Assembly (NCBI GenBank): GCA_030390025.1
Contig: CM059425.1
Span: 112,716,001-112,780,000, forward strand
Source: Squalus acanthias
Lineage: Eukaryota
Reading direction: 5' to 3'
DNA: 64,000 bases
The notes beneath the pieces are model-generated. The model was not told the DNA's origin, made no database searches, and saw only the letters and a list, made by a program, of their open reading frames with translations. This document shows positions 13,650 to 64,000 of this stretch, in pieces. Position 1 is the stretch's first letter. Each line of letters begins with the position of its first letter. Both the position numbers and the translations under genes were made by a program.

Positions 13650-13702
13650 AAGCGATTCAAGCCTCAAAACCAAAACTAGTGTCTTCTGCATCTCTGTTTC
13701 AG

Positions 13703-59230
<45,528 letters not shown>

Positions 59231-59968
59231 GTAAGTAACAGAGTGGATAAACGTTTTATTTTTGATGGGGGAGGGACGATACACAGATCCACATCCAGTG
59301 TGCAGTTTCTAGCAAGGGTTACTGGATATCGGTCAGAAGCAGCATCTTGGTATGATTTCCCCCTCCCCGGACCGTTCCCGAGCGCAATCTCCCACTTGCC
59401 CTTTCAGCTGATTCAACGATATGAACCTGGTCCGTATGGCTAGTAAACAACATTCGGTGCATTTACCCACTGAGCACTTGGGTTTGGGGGAGGGAGAGAG
59501 CTGAGGATTTCTTGAAACTGTTACTTAACAAAAACTATTTATATAGAGCCTTTACCGTAAGGTGAAATTAGGGCAGATGAGAGGTAGGTTTTAAGGAGCA
59601 ACTGAAAGGAGAAGTAGATTGGACCAATAGGGGGAGAAATTCGGTATCGCCCCGTTTGGGCGCTAAATTTTGAAATCGTGAAAAAATTAGCGCCAGGCGC
59701 TAATGAGTCTGAGGTTTCCCTAAATTGGCTGTTAGCGCTCCTGGAAAGAGCTGGCGCGCTAAATCAAGCGCTAATGACCTAAGCAGGGCGCTCCGGGGGC
59801 GCTACCAGCAGAGCGATAATGAATTTCAGGTGCTATGCAATCGGGAATGATCCTTCACACTGGCCCCTTCCAGCTCTTAAAGGGGAGGTTGCATCATTGT
59901 GCAGGTCCTCATTATCAGCATTGCTGGCTGTGAAGGCAACCTGCAACCAACTCATTCCCCTGATCGTG

Positions 59969-61879
59969 ATGGCTGATCCCACTCCCAGGGAGAGAGCCCG
60001 TCGTTTCACGGATGAGGCATTGGTCGCGGGAGTGGAGCGAAGGAGGGCAGTGCTGTTCCCGGACACTGGAAGGAGGCCATTGCCCCAGGTCTTCAGGGCA
60101 ATGTGGAGGGAAGTGGCCCAGGAGGTCTCGGCCAGTAGTGTGGCCGTACGCAGCCTGACACAGTGCCGGAAGAAATTCAACGGCCTCACTCGGGTGGTCA
60201 AGGTGAGTACATGCTTCAACAGGTCCTACATACCAGCATCTGAACCTCAGTCTGTACACACTGCACAAACCACCACACCCCCACCACTCACCCAACATCT
60301 CCACCTACTAAAACTCACTTCCACATCTCACGCCTTGCCTACAATCACAACTATTCAACTACGGCAGGCATATCTCCCAAACACATAGCTGGACTCTGAC
60401 TCTCTCACATTCGTTTCTCTCGCAGGCCAAGATGGAGGGAGCAGCAGAGAACAGGCGGGGGTGATGCGCAGCTCCAGCAGCTTTCAGACCTGGAGGAGCG
60501 AGTGCTGCGACTCATTGGGCAGCAGGCGGTGGGCGGTGTGGCCGTCGGCAACGTCAACCCCCTTGGGGGGCAACAAGGGTATGTTCATTCCCCTCTCCTT
60601 CTCTCATCCTACTTCCCCCCTCACACCACAAGCCTTTCTCAATTTCTAGCTCCTGATACTGTCTGCATTCCTTGCTCCCTTCCTGCCCCCCTGTCCTCAC
60701 CTTAACGTGAGTCTTGTGCCTTTATGCTTTCAGAGAATCAGCAACCAGATGACCAGCCTATCCCTGAGCCTCCCAGTGAGAGTGAGGCGGGAGAAGAGGA
60801 GGAAGAGCAAAGTGCCGCGTCACTGCATCTCTCACCCGCAGGCACCACCTCAGATACTGACACCACGCGATCTTTAGAGGCAAGTTTAGTAGAGGGGTCT
60901 GCACTGGGTGATGCACCGGGGACGAGCGGGCTGCAGCAAGGCCAGGGGGAAAGGGTAGCTCGGGAGCCAGCTCCCCGGAGGACGAGTTCGCGCGTGAGTT
61001 CTGCTGCACAGGACTCAGATGAGGACCTCGATGGGGAGGCGTTCACAAGAAGGATGATGGCCCTGCACACCGAGATGATGGGTGCAATGGCAAGGGTGCC
61101 CGGAGAGCCTCTCGGCAATGGTAAGGAGCGTGGAGTCCTCATCCTCCAACATTGCACAGAGCTCTGCACACACCATGGAGCCCATCATTTCCACTGTGCA
61201 GAGGATAGTGGACTCCCTGAGAGACCGTGCGGATCCAGACCTCATGACGCGTGTCATGGGCGATGTGGCAGCTTCCATTGCAGCACAGGCGGAAGCGACG
61301 CAACATCTTAGTGCTGTAATGGAGGTTGGTGGCATCGAGTCTCAGACTGCTCTCATGCAGTTTCAGCTTGATGCCACGCAAGCTCTGACTGCTGCCATCA
61401 TCGCTGGGTCCACCACAGTCCACCGGGGATCTCACGGTGCCGCAGCAGGCCTGCAATCTGTGCTCCAGCAGATTGGTAGTGATGCTGAGCTGCTGCCCCA
61501 GGGGAGTGGCAGTGGGTCAGTGGAGCAGGAACCTGCTGTCCTCTCTCAGGATGACAGCATTGCTGATCCCGCCACTGCCACTCCGCCATTGCACTTGTCG
61601 CTGCCTGTCATCCAGCCAGCCCAGACTGCCACCGCACAGCCTGAGGTGGCGCAGTGTACAGCCGGGCCTTCCAGGCCCAGAACTGGTCGAGGGCGACCTG
61701 CAAGGCCATCTGTAGTCTCTGGCACCGACACTCAGCAGCCTTCCACCAGCCCGGCTGCAGCCACTAGGGAGACACTACATAGGAGCAGTAGATTAGGAAA
61801 GGGGACTGTAAAGAGGGGAAGTAAGGGTTTGCACAAGGATGATTGGTTAATATTGTTGCTGTATATATGTGGTTGGTGA
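59969..61879 (+). pseudogene. Harbinger Myb/SANT-like DNA-binding gene; predicted exons 59969-60202, 60426-60578 and 60734 to about 61879; frameshifted
   Basis: RARRFTDE..WREVAQEV..RSLTQCRKKFNGL then gtgagt donor; exon 2 carries REQQRTGGG...LEERVLRLIG out of frame; acidic low-complexity exon 3. Confidence 0.8.
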
Positions 61880-62011
61880 ATTTGGATAAATTTAATATTG
61901 GAATGTTGCAGATTTGGAGCTGTATCTCATTTCAGTTTTGGGGTGTGGTATTGAATGAGACATTGATGGAATGATGGGGACGTGCTGAGTAACCGGGAAG
62001 TGGCCTCCAAT

Positions 62012-63219
62012 TCACTGGAACCGAAGTCTGATGAGGAGGTCACGGACCGCCCTTCCACAAGGCCGATTGAGTGGTGGCCTCCTCCATCGCTGATGCTCCT
62101 GCTCCTCCTCCTCCTCCTCATCCTCGTCCTCTTCCTCCTCGTCTCCCTCTTCCTCCTCCTGAGGTGGTGCGACTATGCCTGGTGACAAGGGCTGGGCCCT
62201 CATGATGGCCAAGTTGTGGAGCATGCAGTACACCACGACGAAAAGGGACACCCGCTCAGCCGAGTACTGGAGGGCTCCTCCCGAGCGGTCAAGGCAGCAG
62301 AATCGTTGCTTGAGCACCCTGATGGTCTGCTCAATGATGTTCCTGGTGGCAGCAAGACTCATTATAGGAGTGCTGGGCAGGAGTGCTGGGGTTGCGGGGG
62401 GGGAGTCATGAGCCAGGTGGAGAGCGGATAGCCCTTGTCTCCAACCAGCCAGCCACGAGCTTGATGTGGTGGCTGGAACAGAGCTGGCACGCCGGTCTGG
62501 CGCAGGATGAAGGCATCGTGGCTGCTGCCAGGATAGCGGGCATTGACGGTGAGGATTCGCTGTGTGTGGTCACACATCAACTGCACATTAAGTGAGTGGT
62601 AGACTTTGCGGTTACGGAATACCTCAGGATTGTTACGGGGTTCCCGTAGAGCAACGTGCGTGCAGTCAGTGGCGCCCTGCACCATGGGGAAGCCCGCTAT
62701 CCTGGCAAAGCCACATGCACGCTCGCGCTGCTTCTCTCTGGTCATGGGAAAGGAAATGTAGTCCCTTCTCCTTCTGTAGAGAGCATCTGTGACCTGGTGG
62801 ATGGAGCAATGGACGGCGAACTGCGAGATTCTCGCTATATCTCCTGTTGCAGACTGGAAGGATCCGCTGGTGAAGAAATTGAGGGCGACGGTGACCTTGA
62901 CTGCCACTGAGAGAGACGTGGTGCTCCTGATGTGAGGCTCGAGGTGTGGCTGCAGGAGGTGACAGAGCTCTGTGACCACCTCCTTGGTGAAGCGGAGCCT
63001 TCTAAGACACTGTTCCTCAGTGAAATTGATGTAGGAGAAATGCTGCTGGAATACCCTGGGAGGGTAAGGCCTCCTGTTGAGAGCCCTGTTGGCCCTCCTC
63101 CCTCTGGCCACAATTTGCAATCTCTCTCTCTGCCTCCGCTGTCTCCGACGTTGATGCTGGAGGGCGAGGTCCAGTGCCAGTACAGCCTCCATTGAAGTAT
63201 GGAAATGTTGCACTTTCAA
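62012..63219 (-). pseudogene. Harbinger (HARBI1-like) DDE transposase with two frameshifts near 62355-62403
   Basis: GFP.VQGATDCTH, NRKVYHSLNVQ, YPGSSHDAFIL, GDKGYP, RNIIEQTIRVLKQRF. Confidence 0.9.
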
Positions 63220-63665
63220 ATCTCACCTAAATGAAAGTGAATAATTTTTCTGAGGCAGAAGACTCCTTCAACTGAAAAACGCTGAAATCGCTCAAAACGC
63301 CTGTTTGCCGATGTCAAACTGACAAGGCAGCATTCTTTGCCGACTAAAAATAAACCGGATGTTGCCGCCTTTATATAGCGCTCCTCCAGCGCTCATCCCA
63401 CTGCAAACCGCCTCCTCTACCTGTCGTCGCTAACAGCAGGCGCTCAGGCAGGGGGTGAGAGTGAATTTCTGAGCCGGGGCGCTGCGTAGCCGGATGACGT
63501 CACGATCTCCGGCCGCTGGAGAGCGTGGCGCTCGTGGGTACCGCCGCCGCAAACCTCCACTTCAATTTCATGGGCGTCGGTACTATCGCCACACCCGGTT
63601 GCAAACCGTTAGCGCCCCCGGAGGCATTATCTGGAGGTGCAAAGGTACCTAATTTCTCCCCCATA

Positions 63666-64000
63666 CTCTCTGGAGTTTAGAAGACTGAGAGGTGATCTCA
63701 TTGAAACATATAAGATTCTGAGGGGGATTGACAGGGTAGATGCTGAGAGGTTGTTTCCCCCTGACTGGAGAGTCTAGAACTAGGGGGCATTTAAGACTGA
63801 GATGAGGAGGAATTTCTTCACTCAGAGGGTTGTGAATCTTTGGAATTTTCTACCCCAAAGGGCTGTGGATGAGGAATCGTTGAGTATATTCAAGACTGAG
63901 ATAGGTAGATTTTTGGATTCTAGGGGAATCAAGGTATATCGAGATTGGGCGGGAAAGTGGAGTTGAGGTCGAAGATCAGCCATGATCTTATTGAATGGTG
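63666..64000 (+). mobile_element. CR1 3' fragment, host of the Harbinger insertion; runs off the window
   Basis: SLEFRRLRGDLIETYKIL; the 5' stub agattggacca lies at about 59616-59626. Confidence 0.85.

Larger units (their letters stand above)
59630..63662. mobile_element. Full-length PIF/Harbinger DNA transposon (4033 bp), decayed
   Basis: 17-bp TIR GGGGGAGAAATT(C/A)GGTA, 3-bp TSD ATA, convergent Myb/SANT and transposase genes. Confidence 0.93.

Noticed and set aside
1-13702. Upstream GLDC exons (about exons 1-3)
   Set aside because: No matching peptide (such as RSYIGMGYY) found by eye; presumably outside the window
62012-63219. Domesticated HARBI1 host gene
   Set aside because: Frameshifted and enclosed by TIRs and a TSD, so a transposon copy

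Overview
Vertebrate genomic DNA, very likely from a shark or ray given the HE1/V-SINE, DeuSINE and CR1 repeat content. It carries the middle of a + strand GLDC gene (glycine decarboxylase P-protein): 13 GT-AG exons, equivalent to exons 4-16, that splice into one 1456-nt open frame. The introns are packed with nested transposable elements: CR1, Zenon-like CR1 and L2 LINEs, SINEs, Penelope-like elements carrying minimal hammerhead ribozymes, a solo LTR, a 2.8-kb 34-bp minisatellite, a complete but decayed two-gene Harbinger transposon and its MITEs. The most notable element is a very young, intact Mag-like Gypsy retrotransposon with identical LTRs. It has no tRNA primer-binding site but an 11-nt perfect complement to its own LTR (predicted self-priming), a YLDN reverse transcriptase motif, a D(34)E integrase and a duplicated PPT/LTR start. 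All calls were made by eye; family names and exon numbers rest on recalled homology, not database searches.
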